Counted from the first letter of the stretch, positions 19,993 to 29,265 are shown. The stretch: DNA of 64,000 nt from Candidatus Omnitrophota bacterium (GCA_016783605.1 JADHWG010000001.1:4712-68711); one strand, 5' to 3'. Notes: a model not told the origin generated them from the sequence alone. Program-made: numbers and translations.

Positions 19993-20412
19993 TTATACGT
20001 CGAAAACTATGGCGACCTCATATCCCATAATGGTTTCTTTTATTACTACGTCGTGGTACGTCGCGGCCTTTATTCCCAATTTTATCCTGTCATCTTCTTC
20101 TATCATTTGTCCCTTTACGTCCGCGATGAGTTTATTGTTGTATAAACTTACGATATTGAACTCATAGAACAGTACACTTTTTTTATATCCCGCGTACAAA
20201 ACTTCATTAAGCCACGCGATAAGAAGACTTTCCGTATCGGAAGCTTCCACTTCTATTCTTTGTGTGTTTGTACACACCAATCCATTAAGATCCGCCATCA
20301 AATCAAACATCGCGTATGCCGCGTTCTCAAAAAGTTTCGGTAAATTGTTTCCTCGAATTAAAGCGGCAACATCAGCGGTATGCGGGATTTGTTTGTAGTT
20401 TTTCATGACCAC
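19993..20412 (-). CDS. archease (RtcB cofactor)
   Basis: 139 aa with the N-terminal HTADVA motif typical of archease. Confidence 0.75.
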   Translation of the reverse strand: MVMKNYKQIPHTADVAALIRGNNLPKLFENAAYAMFDLMADLNGLVCTNTQRIEVEASDTESLLIAWLNEVLYAGYKKSVLFYEFNIVSLYNNKLIADVKGQMIEEDDRIKLGIKAATYHDVVIKETIMGYEVAIVFDV

Positions 20413-20516
20413 CTCCTCATGAAATTATAGCTAAAAAAGAATATATGAGCCCATATGCCCGTATCTTTATTATAGCAAAGAGCGCGCGCTTAAACAGCTA
20501 AAAATAATTTGGCAAA

Positions 20517-20573
20517 CAAAAGACAAAAACCGCGGGAGCATATATATGCATTCCCGCGGTTTTTGTCTTTTAT
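20517..20573. terminator. bidirectional intrinsic terminator (20-bp perfect stem)
   Basis: aaaagacaaaaaccgcggga-[gcatatatatgcat]-tcccgcggtttttgtctttt. Confidence 0.6.
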
Positions 20574-20590
20574 TGTAACGCTATTGATAA

Positions 20591-20674
20591 CTACTTCTTT
20601 TTTCTCGCCTTTGCTTTTTTGGGAGCGCTTTTCTTACATTCCTTCTTAGCACTTTTTTTAGCACTTTTTTTCAT
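20591..20674 (-). CDS. 27-aa Lys/Ala-rich peptide (MKKSAKKSAKKECKKSAPKKAKARKKK)
   Basis: Strong Shine-Dalgarno site (GAGGAGGTG) 7 nt upstream of the ATG, immediately after the LysW-like gene and followed by the terminator above. Not in the ORF track because it is shorter than 60 aa. Confidence 0.4.
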   Translation of the reverse strand: MKKSAKKSAKKECKKSAPKKAKARKKK

Positions 20675-20703
20675 ATTTCACCTCCTCATCAGAAATATAC
20701 ATA

Positions 20704-20937
20704 CTATTCTCCCCATCTATCACGTTCATCGTCTCCGTAAAAATCGTGAAAATCAAAATTTTCCTCTTCTTCTTCGGATTCTTCTATTTCTCGGAGTCTT
20801 ACAACAGGATCGACCCCCACTACTTCCAATTCTGCTTCACAATTCAAACAATAAATTATATCCCCAAGTTCAACTTCGTCTTCTATTTCTATGGCATCCA
20901 AACAACTAGGACACTTTGTTATCTCTCGCTTAACCAT
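20704..20937 (-). CDS. LysW/ArgW-like amino-group carrier protein (Zn-ribbon with C-terminal …DRWGE)
   Basis: CPSC…CLNC zinc ribbon, an AELEVVGVDPV segment matching the LysW core, an acidic tail, and a terminal WGE like LysW's EDWGE. Confidence 0.55.
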   Translation of the reverse strand: MVKREITKCPSCLDAIEIEDEVELGDIIYCLNCEAELEVVGVDPVVRLREIEESEEEEENFDFHDFYGDDERDRWGE

Positions 20938-20976
20938 TTCCTCTCCTCAAATATTATTGATTTATTTAAAAATATT

Positions 20977-21309
20977 TTATTCCTCTTCTTCGTATAGGTA
21001 TATTGACACAATCTGATTCTTCCCGTCTTTAACTATACATTCTACTGACACCTCACTGCCCGCTTTAATCTCCTCCAAAGAATCTATATTCTCCAATTCC
21101 GTATCCGCGGTAATTTCGTATATCATGCTCTTTTCCGTATCAAGATCAAAATCATACTCATTGAGAGTAACGGAACCGTCCGAAATACTCACAACTGTCC
21201 CATACGCAGAATCTACCAAATCCTCTTGTTCCTGAGCAACAGCAAACACAGAAAACATTGTCACCGATAAAACTACACTTATTACCGCCATTAAAAAAAA
21301 TTTTCTCAT
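20977..21309 (-). CDS. small secreted acidic protein
   Basis: Signal peptide; 110 aa; overlaps the arsR-family gene by 4 nt. Confidence 0.45.
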   Translation of the reverse strand: MRKFFLMAVISVVLSVTMFSVFAVAQEQEDLVDSAYGTVVSISDGSVTLNEYDFDLDTEKSMIYEITADTELENIDSLEEIKAGSEVSVECIVKDGKNQIVSIYLYEEEE

Positions 21310-21665
21310 TTAATTTTCCTCCTTTTTTTGTTGTTTTTTCTACTTTCCAATTTTTTAAAATCTTCTTTGAATACCGCTAAGTCTTTTAGTCCATTTGTAA
21401 TTGAATTAAGTAGTTCTTTGTGCGCTGTATTTGTAGGGCTTGCTAAAAAATAATGTACGTTATTCCCCTCCCTCCTATCTCCGACAATACCTGTCAACCT
21501 TAACCGCGTAAGATGTTTAGATATGTTTGACTGATTTTTATCAAGTATTTCACAAAGTTCGGTCACATTTATTTCCCGCTTGTGTTTAAGAAGGTTAATT
21601 ATTCTTAAGCGTGTATCATCAGCTAACGATTTTAGTATTTGTCGGGCTTTTTTAATTTTCATCAT
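21306..21665 (-). CDS. ArsR/SmtB-family transcriptional regulator
   Basis: LADDTRLRIINLL…ELCEIL…QSNISKHL helix-turn-helix (HTH) motif. Confidence 0.8.
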   Translation of the reverse strand: MMKIKKARQILKSLADDTRLRIINLLKHKREINVTELCEILDKNQSNISKHLTRLRLTGIVGDRREGNNVHYFLASPTNTAHKELLNSITNGLKDLAVFKEDFKKLESRKNNKKRRKIK

Positions 21666-21689
21666 ATCTCATCCTAGTGCACCAAAATA

Positions 21690-21713
21690 CAGATTAAAGC
21701 ATATGAGTATATG
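21690..21713. promoter_or_regulatory. operator-like inverted repeat gcatatgag-N6-ctcatatgc upstream of the arsR-family gene
   Basis: 9-bp perfect arms located 25 bp upstream of the regulator start; ArsR/SmtB operators are AT-rich inverted repeats. A weaker copy (atatgagcccatat) lies at ~20447 upstream of archease. Confidence 0.3.
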
Positions 21714-21864
21714 CTCATATGCGAATGTAGTTTACTATAAAATTGCCCTAAGTCAAGAGCAAAAGATAACTTTTTTCATAGGAATATTTCTAAAAATTCT
21801 CTTAAAAATAGAGGCAAATCCCAAGGCAGGAATACAACAAAAATAGCCGTTTATAGGCTTAGAT

Positions 21865-22518
21865 TTAGAACGCTATTTTTACTTTGAGCCCTATTGCGTT
21901 GTTATATGTCCATTTTTTATTATTTTTATTCAGTTCCCACAGATAAAAAACATCTGTTTTCAGCTGTTTTAACCATTTCGCTTTTAGTCCCAGATATAAA
22001 CGATTTCGTGTAAGTTGATCTCCATAAAAATCCACAAAAACTTCGTCGGCGGCATAAGGATTTATATGAAATTTGGTCAATTTCCAGGGAGAGAAAACTG
22101 AAAATTTATTTCTATATCTCCACTTAGGAGTCCTTCCATCACCACACCTTAGTTCAAGGCGGTTTCTGTCCGCAATTTCCATATTCTGCCACGCTTTCTT
22201 AAGAATGACCTCACCGTATGGACGGTTTTCTCCTTTCCACCGGTCGGCTTTTTTTTCGTATATCTGGCGATAAGCCAATCCAAGATCAAGCCCCTTTGTC
22301 ACATTATATGTAACACCCAAATCCGTATGTTCATAATATAACACTGACATATCGCCGCCTATTCGCAGTTCCTCTTCAACCTTTAGTTTCAATTTGTCAT
22401 TAACTTTTTTCTCAATGGTTTCCGCGTTCCAAAACTGTAGATCTCCGTTCTCAAAAGCAAAACTCGGAACAACTAAAAATACATTGATAATAAGAATCCC
22501 AATTAATATCTTTTGCAT
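21865..22518 (-). CDS. DUF2490-like outer-membrane beta-barrel protein
   Basis: Signal peptide, alternating amphipathic strands, terminal aromatic residue (F). Confidence 0.45.
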   Translation of the reverse strand: MQKILIGILIINVFLVVPSFAFENGDLQFWNAETIEKKVNDKLKLKVEEELRIGGDMSVLYYEHTDLGVTYNVTKGLDLGLAYRQIYEKKADRWKGENRPYGEVILKKAWQNMEIADRNRLELRCGDGRTPKWRYRNKFSVFSPWKLTKFHINPYAADEVFVDFYGDQLTRNRLYLGLKAKWLKQLKTDVFYLWELNKNNKKWTYNNAIGLKVKIAF

Positions 22519-22520
22519 TT

Positions 22521-24179
22521 TTATCCTTTCTGTATTTTCATTTTTCCAGCTACACCTTGCGCAATATTTGTTAAATGATCGCCTATTTTTTCAAAATTAT
22601 CAACCAAATCAATAAAAACTAATCCTGCTTTTAAATTACATATGCCTTCATTCAACCGATTAACATGTCTATTCTTTAGTTCTTTTTGTAAATTGTTTAT
22701 TGTTATCTCGTGCGCTAAAACTTGTTCTGCTTTGTCAATATCTCTATTCTTCAGAGCATCTTTGGTATCTGACATCATTTCCCTAAGCTCCCTCCACAGA
22801 TCGTTTAATTCTTCATTGGCTTCATTTGAAAAAGAAAGCTTTTCATCTTTTTTTCTTTCAAATAGCTCAACAATATTTTCAGAATGGTCTCCGATCCTTT
22901 CGATATCATTAACGCTGTGAATTAATACCGGAAGCTCTTCCGATTCTTCCTGCGGGATTTCACGTTCTGAAAGCTCAACAAGGTATTGGGTTATTTCTGA
23001 CTGAAGCCCGTCTACAATTTGCTCTAAATTTGAAACTGTCCTCAAAGGACTTTTATAATTACCCAAAAAAGCTTTTACAGCACTAGAGACGGATTCGCAT
23101 GCTAAATCCAACATCCGCACACTCTCCATGCGCGCCTGCTGCATAGCTATTGGCGGGGTATCTAATAAATGTTTTTCTAAATATTGAGCGCCCATCTCAA
23201 CCGAATCTTTTCTTTTTGGGACCATCCAAATGCTGATTTTCTCAAGAAATCCTACAAATGGTAAAAACACTATAGTGTTAAACACATTGAACACACTATG
23301 AGCAACTGCAATATAAAACATTACGTTTTGTGTGGTTAATTGGCCCGGAATTATAAAGTTAACTCCCTTAATAAACCAGCCTGTATATACGAAAAAAAGC
23401 ATATACGTTACGCCTATTACGTTAAACAATGTATGTGCCATGGCCGCACGGCGGGCATTTAAATTAGTGCCTATCGCGGCTAATTGCGCGGTAATGGTTG
23501 TTCCTATATTGTCGCCAAGTATTATCGGAATAGCCGCGGGAAAAGTTATAAGACCATTGAAGGCTAAAACCTGCACTATCGCGATAGTAGCGCTTGAACT
23601 TTGCAAAAGTACTGTAAAAATAATTCCGATCAAAACCCCCAGCAGAGGATTATTGCTAAAAGTAACGAATACAGTTTTAATATGCGCGCTTTGTTTTAAA
23701 GGTTCAAAAGCATCTTTCAGAAATGAAAGCCCGATAAAAAGCATACCAAAACCCATAAGCACCTGTCCCCAAAATCTTACATTTCGGGTTCTTCCTAGAT
23801 GCATCATACCGAATCCCACACCGATAGCCGGAAGAGCATAATTGGTAATCTTGAAAATTCCCATTGATGAAACCAGCCATGCAGTAAACGTTGTCCCAAT
23901 GTTGGCTCCCATGATAACACTAATGGCTTGTTTTAAAACCAATAGTCCCGCATTGACAAACCCTACTACCATAACAGTAGTCGCACTGGAAGACTGGATT
24001 AAACACGTTACCCCGGCACCGACTAAAACGCCTACCACAGAAATTTTAGTTGCCATGTGAAGAATGTTTTTTATTTTTTCACCAGCTATTTTTTTCAATC
24101 CTTTTGACATAAATTGCATGCCGAGAAAGAAAAATCCAAGCCCTCCAATCAAATTGAAAATTAGTTCTTTCATAATCAT
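22521..24179 (-). CDS. Na+/phosphate symporter (NptA family) with C-terminal PhoU-like domains
   Basis: 552 aa with duplicated Na/Pi cotransporter membrane repeats and a C-terminal PhoU-like helical region. Confidence 0.8.
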   Translation of the reverse strand: MIMKELIFNLIGGLGFFFLGMQFMSKGLKKIAGEKIKNILHMATKISVVGVLVGAGVTCLIQSSSATTVMVVGFVNAGLLVLKQAISVIMGANIGTTFTAWLVSSMGIFKITNYALPAIGVGFGMMHLGRTRNVRFWGQVLMGFGMLFIGLSFLKDAFEPLKQSAHIKTVFVTFSNNPLLGVLIGIIFTVLLQSSSATIAIVQVLAFNGLITFPAAIPIILGDNIGTTITAQLAAIGTNLNARRAAMAHTLFNVIGVTYMLFFVYTGWFIKGVNFIIPGQLTTQNVMFYIAVAHSVFNVFNTIVFLPFVGFLEKISIWMVPKRKDSVEMGAQYLEKHLLDTPPIAMQQARMESVRMLDLACESVSSAVKAFLGNYKSPLRTVSNLEQIVDGLQSEITQYLVELSEREIPQEESEELPVLIHSVNDIERIGDHSENIVELFERKKDEKLSFSNEANEELNDLWRELREMMSDTKDALKNRDIDKAEQVLAHEITINNLQKELKNRHVNRLNEGICNLKAGLVFIDLVDNFEKIGDHLTNIAQGVAGKMKIQKG

Positions 24180-24280
24180 TTTGGTTTCTCCTGATTGTTT
24201 TTGTCTAAATGTTTAAAGAAAGTATATATCTTTCATGTGAGTAAATGATGAAGAAAATGTGAAGATTTGATGAAGAAGGG

Positions 24281-24407
24281 GCTGTCGCAAAATACCCCCA
24301 AAATGTCATCCTCGCAAACGCGGGGATCTATAAGTCTAAGAATTACAATATGTTACAGATCCCCGCGTCCGCGAGGATGACAGAAAAAGGTGTTTTGCGA
24401 CAGTCCC
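24281..24407. mobile_element. MITE-like inverted-repeat element (relative of MITE-1); TIR GGGRCTGTCGCAAAAYACC
   Basis: ~125-bp imperfect hairpin with ~19-bp TIRs and possible AAGAA flanking duplication. It shares tcatcct / gatct(c)tata motifs with MITE-1. Confidence 0.5.
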
Positions 24408-24430
24408 AAGAATGATTCTGGTTTTTCGTA

Positions 24431-25858
24431 TTATTTAGGAAATATCATTGTAATTTTTGTACCTTTGCCAACTTCGCTGTCTATTTGAATATCTCCTTTT
24501 TGAAGTTTCATAATATGTTTTACTATCGCAAGACCCAGCCCCGTCCCTCCGACTTCACGGGAACGAGCTTTATCTACCCTATAAAACCTTTCAAAAACAC
24601 GAATCAAATGTTCTTTAGGTATTCCGATACCGTTATCTTCAATAGTAGCAACAAGATTTGCGCCAACATCAAAAATAGAGACTTTAATCTGCCCTTGAGT
24701 TCCGGTATATTTAACGGCGTTATCAATTAAATTTATAAAAATTTGGGCGACTTGTTCTTTATCGCCTCTCAGAAAAAAATCGTCACCTCTATAATCTACA
24801 TTAAGTGTCTGTTTTTTTAAAGAAACTACATTGTTGAATTCAGAAACAACTTCATCCAGCAAATATCTTATGTCAAATTCGGCCTGTTCAACTTTTCCTT
24901 CTAAATGCTCTATTTCTGTAAGCGCAAGTAAATCATTCACAATATTATTGATCCGTTTTGTATGTTTTTTTATTATTTCTAGAAACTTCTTAGCATTCTT
25001 TTTGTCGTTAATCGCGCCATCTTCAAGTGTTTCAATAAATCCTTGTATTGATGTAAGCGGAGTTTTTAATTCATGTGATACATTTGCTACAAAATCCGTT
25101 CTAATTTTATCCATCTTTTTTAAGTTGGATATTTTGTGCTCTAGTTTATCCGCCATAAGATTGAACGAATCTGCTAATTCTTCTAATTCGTTATTTGTTT
25201 TAATCTTCACTCTTTTGGTTAAATCTCCTTCCGCAATGCTCCGCGCCATATCGTTCATATTACGAAAAGGTAAACTTATTTTTCTGGAAATAAAATATCC
25301 TATGACTAAAGTTATCAAAATAGCCATAACCCCGCCTAAAACAAAAAACCTACGGATAATTCCCAACTCTTTCCGGATATCTACAAGTGGAACTGCCACA
25401 CGAATAAAACCTTGTTCTATACCATTTTCAATTACAGGAACCGCGATATACTTCATGTAAAACTTAAGAGTTTCACTGTAACGAGTACTCTCTCCTACCC
25501 CTTCTTCATATGCGGTAACAATTTCTTCCCTATCTACATGATTTTCCATCAAATCAGAGACTGTTTCAGAATCGTATACTACTTTCCCGCTTTTATCTAT
25601 AACACTGATTCTTAAATTCAATAATTCAGAAAGTTCTTCCGTTTTGCTATTAATGACATCATATCTCTTTCCAGTTAAGTCCTTTTCTAAAATGTTTCTT
25701 ACCAGCATTAAATTGCTCGTTAATTTGTCAGATATTTTTTCTTCATAATATTTTTCAATCCGTGAAGTAACTGAAAAATTTAAAACAAATATTGCAACCA
25801 ATATCAGAAATATTTCCGCTCCCAGAATTTTCCATATTATTTTAGTACGCATAGTCAT
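24431..25858 (-). CDS. sensor histidine kinase (TM-HAMP-HisKA-HATPase), PhoR-like
   Basis: H-box SHELKTPLTSI; N/G1/G2 boxes; adjacent to the Na/Pi transporter. Confidence 0.85.
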   Translation of the reverse strand: MTMRTKIIWKILGAEIFLILVAIFVLNFSVTSRIEKYYEEKISDKLTSNLMLVRNILEKDLTGKRYDVINSKTEELSELLNLRISVIDKSGKVVYDSETVSDLMENHVDREEIVTAYEEGVGESTRYSETLKFYMKYIAVPVIENGIEQGFIRVAVPLVDIRKELGIIRRFFVLGGVMAILITLVIGYFISRKISLPFRNMNDMARSIAEGDLTKRVKIKTNNELEELADSFNLMADKLEHKISNLKKMDKIRTDFVANVSHELKTPLTSIQGFIETLEDGAINDKKNAKKFLEIIKKHTKRINNIVNDLLALTEIEHLEGKVEQAEFDIRYLLDEVVSEFNNVVSLKKQTLNVDYRGDDFFLRGDKEQVAQIFINLIDNAVKYTGTQGQIKVSIFDVGANLVATIEDNGIGIPKEHLIRVFERFYRVDKARSREVGGTGLGLAIVKHIMKLQKGDIQIDSEVGKGTKITMIFPK

Positions 25859-26532
25859 TCCTCTTTAAGCCTGTATCCGGCACCGCGAACCGTTTCGATA
25901 TAATTTCGCGCTGTTTTAAGTTTTTTTCTAATGGATTTTATATGCGCATCAATCGTTCTGTCATAACTTTCAGAATCATATCCAAAGATATTATCTAAAA
26001 GTTTATTTCTGGTTATCACTACCCCGGGCCGCTGAATCATAAATTCTAAAATTTTAAACTCGGTATGTGTCAACAAAACCTCTTTGTCACGGACATACAC
26101 CTTGTGTTTTACACTATCAACCAATAAAATCCCCCTCGCCGTCTTTTGAGACAACTTTGGGCTATCCGCTCTTCTTAAAACCGCCTTAATCCTTGCACTT
26201 AATTCCCTCGGACTAAAAGGTTTTGTTAAATAGTCGTCCGCCCCCAATTCTAAACCGGCAACCTTATCTGCTTCCCGCGACTTTGCCGTAAGCATAATAA
26301 GAGGGATACACCTTGTTAGTTCATTATTTTTTAAAAGTCTACAAACTTCAAAACCATCAATATCAGGAAGCATCAAATCCAAAAGAACTATATCCGGTCT
26401 ATCTTTTTTTGCCGAAGAGAAGCCTTGCTTGCCGGTAAATGAAGCCAATACGGCATACTGTTCCTTCTCTAAATTGTATTTGATCATCTCAACAATATCT
26501 TTATCATCTTCTATGATAAGAACTTTCTTCAT
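25855..26532 (-). CDS. OmpR/PhoB-family response regulator
   Basis: REC domain (LIIEDD…D…K) plus a winged-helix C-terminus. I moved the start to MKKVLII. Confidence 0.85.
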   Translation of the reverse strand: MKKVLIIEDDKDIVEMIKYNLEKEQYAVLASFTGKQGFSSAKKDRPDIVLLDLMLPDIDGFEVCRLLKNNELTRCIPLIMLTAKSREADKVAGLELGADDYLTKPFSPRELSARIKAVLRRADSPKLSQKTARGILLVDSVKHKVYVRDKEVLLTHTEFKILEFMIQRPGVVITRNKLLDNIFGYDSESYDRTIDAHIKSIRKKLKTARNYIETVRGAGYRLKEE

Positions 26533-26590
26533 AAGCGAACCCTTCTTTACAAAATTACATTCACCATTCTCACTCAATTTATATGTCACA

Positions 26591-27952
26591 TTATAAATCT
26601 ACAACTTGAATTTCATTTGTATCGTTTATACTATTCATAAAGTCGTAAATTTTATTATCAAAAATTATGTCACTTTCAGCGATCGGTCTTTTTAAGCGGA
26701 TGCCTTCCAGGGCGCGGCATCGGCTTAACGCGACATAGGTCTGTCCATGAGTAAAAGCGCCGCGGCCGATATCTATCATAACTTTATCGAACGTCTGCCC
26801 CTGACTTTTGTGTATTGTTATCGCCCATGCCAATTTTATTGGATATTGTTTAAAACAACCGATAACTTTTTCCTCGATATTGTCAGTTTTTTTATTGTGA
26901 GAATATCGTATTTTTTCCCAAGTCATTTTGGGAACGTCACAAATTTTCTGATCTATACTCACCCGTATCAAACTGTCGGAGAGTTCTACAACCCTGCATA
27001 TCGTCCCGTTCACCCATTGTTTTTTAGGATCGTTTTTAACCATGATCACCTGGGCGCCGGTTTTCAGCGTAATATCTTTTTCGACCGGATAATCTTTATC
27101 TTTAAATTCTCCTTCTATTGAGGCGGAATATGTGAATTCTTCATTCGAAATTTGAGCGAGACGCTTTTTGTTAATTCTTTCCGCGACACTATTCGTTGCC
27201 GTTAACGTCACAACTCCTTCATTCTCCTCTCGATTATCACTATCTACTCTTTCGTTCAAACCAAAAAGATCGTCCGCGGCGCATATCTTTTCTCGGACTT
27301 TATTTAAGAGAGAGATAAATTTCTCATCTTTTTGCCTGTATATTTTACTGAGATCGATCGTTCTCAATTTAATTTCTCTAAATACGTTAGCGCTGAAAAA
27401 ATATGGACTGGTGTATCTCTGTTTTAGAATATCTTCGAATTCTTTGTTAACGACCGGCGGCAACTGAAAAAGGTCCCCGAACAAGATCATCCTCGCGCCT
27501 CCAAACGCCGAATTCATTTCATTTCTGTTCAATCTAAGCGAAGAATCTATCCCATCCAGCAGATCCGCCCTTACCATAGACGCCTCATCAATAACAACAG
27601 CATCAATGCGATGCATCAGATCATCTTTATATAAGCGTTTAATGTGGTCGCGCAGAATAAACCTCGGCGGAAACCTGAAAAAGGAATGAATCGTTTGTCC
27701 ATGCACTTTGATAGCCGCGACCCCGGTCGGCGCCAATACAACGATATTCTTTCGGGTGTTCATCCTGAAATATTCCAAGAGAGTTGACTTCCCCGTTCCG
27801 GCTTTCCCCGTAATAAAAATATGTTCACGAGAATTCTCCAAAAGTTCAAATGCCGCGCGAAATTCGTCATTAAACTCAAAGTCGGTCGGAAGTTCCGTTT
27901 TTGTCTCTCGTACAAGTTCATTTTTAAAATCATCCGGCATACTTAACTCCAA
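26591..27952 (-). CDS. Pif1/RecD-family (AAA_30) DNA helicase
   Basis: Walker A GKAGTGKST, VIDEASM, and C-terminal AITIHKSQGQTFD / GQTYVALSR motifs. Confidence 0.7.
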   Translation of the reverse strand: MELSMPDDFKNELVRETKTELPTDFEFNDEFRAAFELLENSREHIFITGKAGTGKSTLLEYFRMNTRKNIVVLAPTGVAAIKVHGQTIHSFFRFPPRFILRDHIKRLYKDDLMHRIDAVVIDEASMVRADLLDGIDSSLRLNRNEMNSAFGGARMILFGDLFQLPPVVNKEFEDILKQRYTSPYFFSANVFREIKLRTIDLSKIYRQKDEKFISLLNKVREKICAADDLFGLNERVDSDNREENEGVVTLTATNSVAERINKKRLAQISNEEFTYSASIEGEFKDKDYPVEKDITLKTGAQVIMVKNDPKKQWVNGTICRVVELSDSLIRVSIDQKICDVPKMTWEKIRYSHNKKTDNIEEKVIGCFKQYPIKLAWAITIHKSQGQTFDKVMIDIGRGAFTHGQTYVALSRCRALEGIRLKRPIAESDIIFDNKIYDFMNSINDTNEIQVVDL

Positions 27953-28086
27953 TCACAAAATCTTTACTTTGTCATCCCCCCTATTGTATCAACACACCGC
28001 GGTGATACAACCGTTTTTCCCCTCACTTAGTTACCTTTTTGTCGGTTCTGAGTTCAAAGCAGCTCGTCACTAACAAAAACAGGAAC

Positions 28087-28127
28087 ATCTCCCTTGCGGG
28101 TGACGTCCCTGTTTTTTCTTTTTTTGT
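28087..28127. repeat. hairpin-terminator repeat, copy 1 (aacaggaacatctcccttgcgggtgacgtccctgtt)
   Basis: Near-identical to copy 2 at 29225..29265 and in the same orientation. The two copies bracket the HEPN/MNT pair. Confidence 0.7.
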
Positions 28128-28595
28128 TTAAAACTTGAACTGCTGTTGTGGGTTTTCCTTCCTAATCTCTTTTTTAATAATCTGAATAAACTTAGTTGCC
28201 GAACTTAAGGCATTCTTTGCGTCAGTATTTGAAAGATTCAATTTCCACGGTTCATAGATGAATTTATTACGGTTTTTTCTCATATAATCAAATTTTGCGG
28301 TTAATGCTTTATATTCCGCACCCAAAAAATATTCCGTGAAACCCACAACTGTTTTGTGTTGGAAATTTGTTGTAGGTCTGAAGCCTTTTATGAATACAAA
28401 CGCTCTTGCCGCGTGAAGCATGGCGTTATAAGCCATCTCATATGAACATGTCTCATCTATCGCAAGTGTTTTTTCACTGGCCTTCAGTTTACTCTCTGCA
28501 GCCTGTATCAACTTCTCTATCTGACCTACTCCTATCTTCTCCCTTTTAATAAGCTTCTTTTCTAAATATTCATTCAAAAATTTATCAGAGTTCAT
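28128..28595 (-). CDS. HEPN-domain protein (putative toxin of a HEPN/MNT pair)
   Basis: 155 aa all-helical, with an Rx6H motif (FRPTTNFQH). Overlaps the upstream nucleotidyltransferase gene by 11 nt. Confidence 0.55.
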   Translation of the reverse strand: MNSDKFLNEYLEKKLIKREKIGVGQIEKLIQAAESKLKASEKTLAIDETCSYEMAYNAMLHAARAFVFIKGFRPTTNFQHKTVVGFTEYFLGAEYKALTAKFDYMRKNRNKFIYEPWKLNLSNTDAKNALSSATKFIQIIKKEIRKENPQQQFKF

Positions 28596-29157
28596 TTGCT
28601 GTTCCCTTTATTAATATTTTTTTTCCTTTCACTACCGCAGAGACAAAAGAATCTTTCTTCGCTTTTTCTTTTTTATATTCCTTTTCCGTATATGTCGTGT
28701 AATTGACTTCTCGGAACAATTCTTTTTCGAGTCCACTTATAACTGTTATTAAGTTGTTCTCATCAATATTGTCACCTATTAAAAACAGGTCTACATCACT
28801 ATCGTTTCTCTCATCTCCTTTAGCGAAGGATCCGTATACGAATGCCATCCTAATGCCATTTATAGCTATTATGGCGTCACTAAGATATTTGATGATTCCT
28901 TCTGTTTTGTGAAAAATATTTTTTAACTCTTCATATATGGGACTCCTCTTATTTAATGAAAAAAGCTTAATGTTTCCCACGCTTCTAACATTAAGCATCC
29001 CCAAAGAAAGAAGTTTTTTTAACTCCCGGTGTACATTTCCAACGGATATCTTATGCATTGAAGCCAACTGCCGGGTATAGAACTCATTGTCGGGTTCACC
29101 AAAGAACGTGCTCAATATGATCTGTCTGGTTTTTGATCCTAATATTTCTTTAAACAT
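28585..29157 (-). CDS. winged-HTH plus minimal nucleotidyltransferase (MNT) protein
   Basis: GSFAKGDERNDSDVDLFL nucleotidyltransferase (NTase) signature (GSx9-13DxD) with an N-terminal HTH. Confidence 0.7.
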   Translation of the reverse strand: MFKEILGSKTRQIILSTFFGEPDNEFYTRQLASMHKISVGNVHRELKKLLSLGMLNVRSVGNIKLFSLNKRSPIYEELKNIFHKTEGIIKYLSDAIIAINGIRMAFVYGSFAKGDERNDSDVDLFLIGDNIDENNLITVISGLEKELFREVNYTTYTEKEYKKEKAKKDSFVSAVVKGKKILIKGTANEL

Positions 29158-29224
29158 ATTGTTCCTCTTTCGAGAACAATTGTACTCATATTGAGAACAT
29201 AAGTCAAGCTTAATTTCAAAATGA

Positions 29225-29265
29225 AAACAGGGACATCTCCCTTGCGGGTGACATCCCTGTTTTTA
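29225..29265. repeat. hairpin-terminator repeat, copy 2
   Basis: aacagggacatctcccttgcgggtgacatccctgtt followed by a T-run. Confidence 0.7.
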
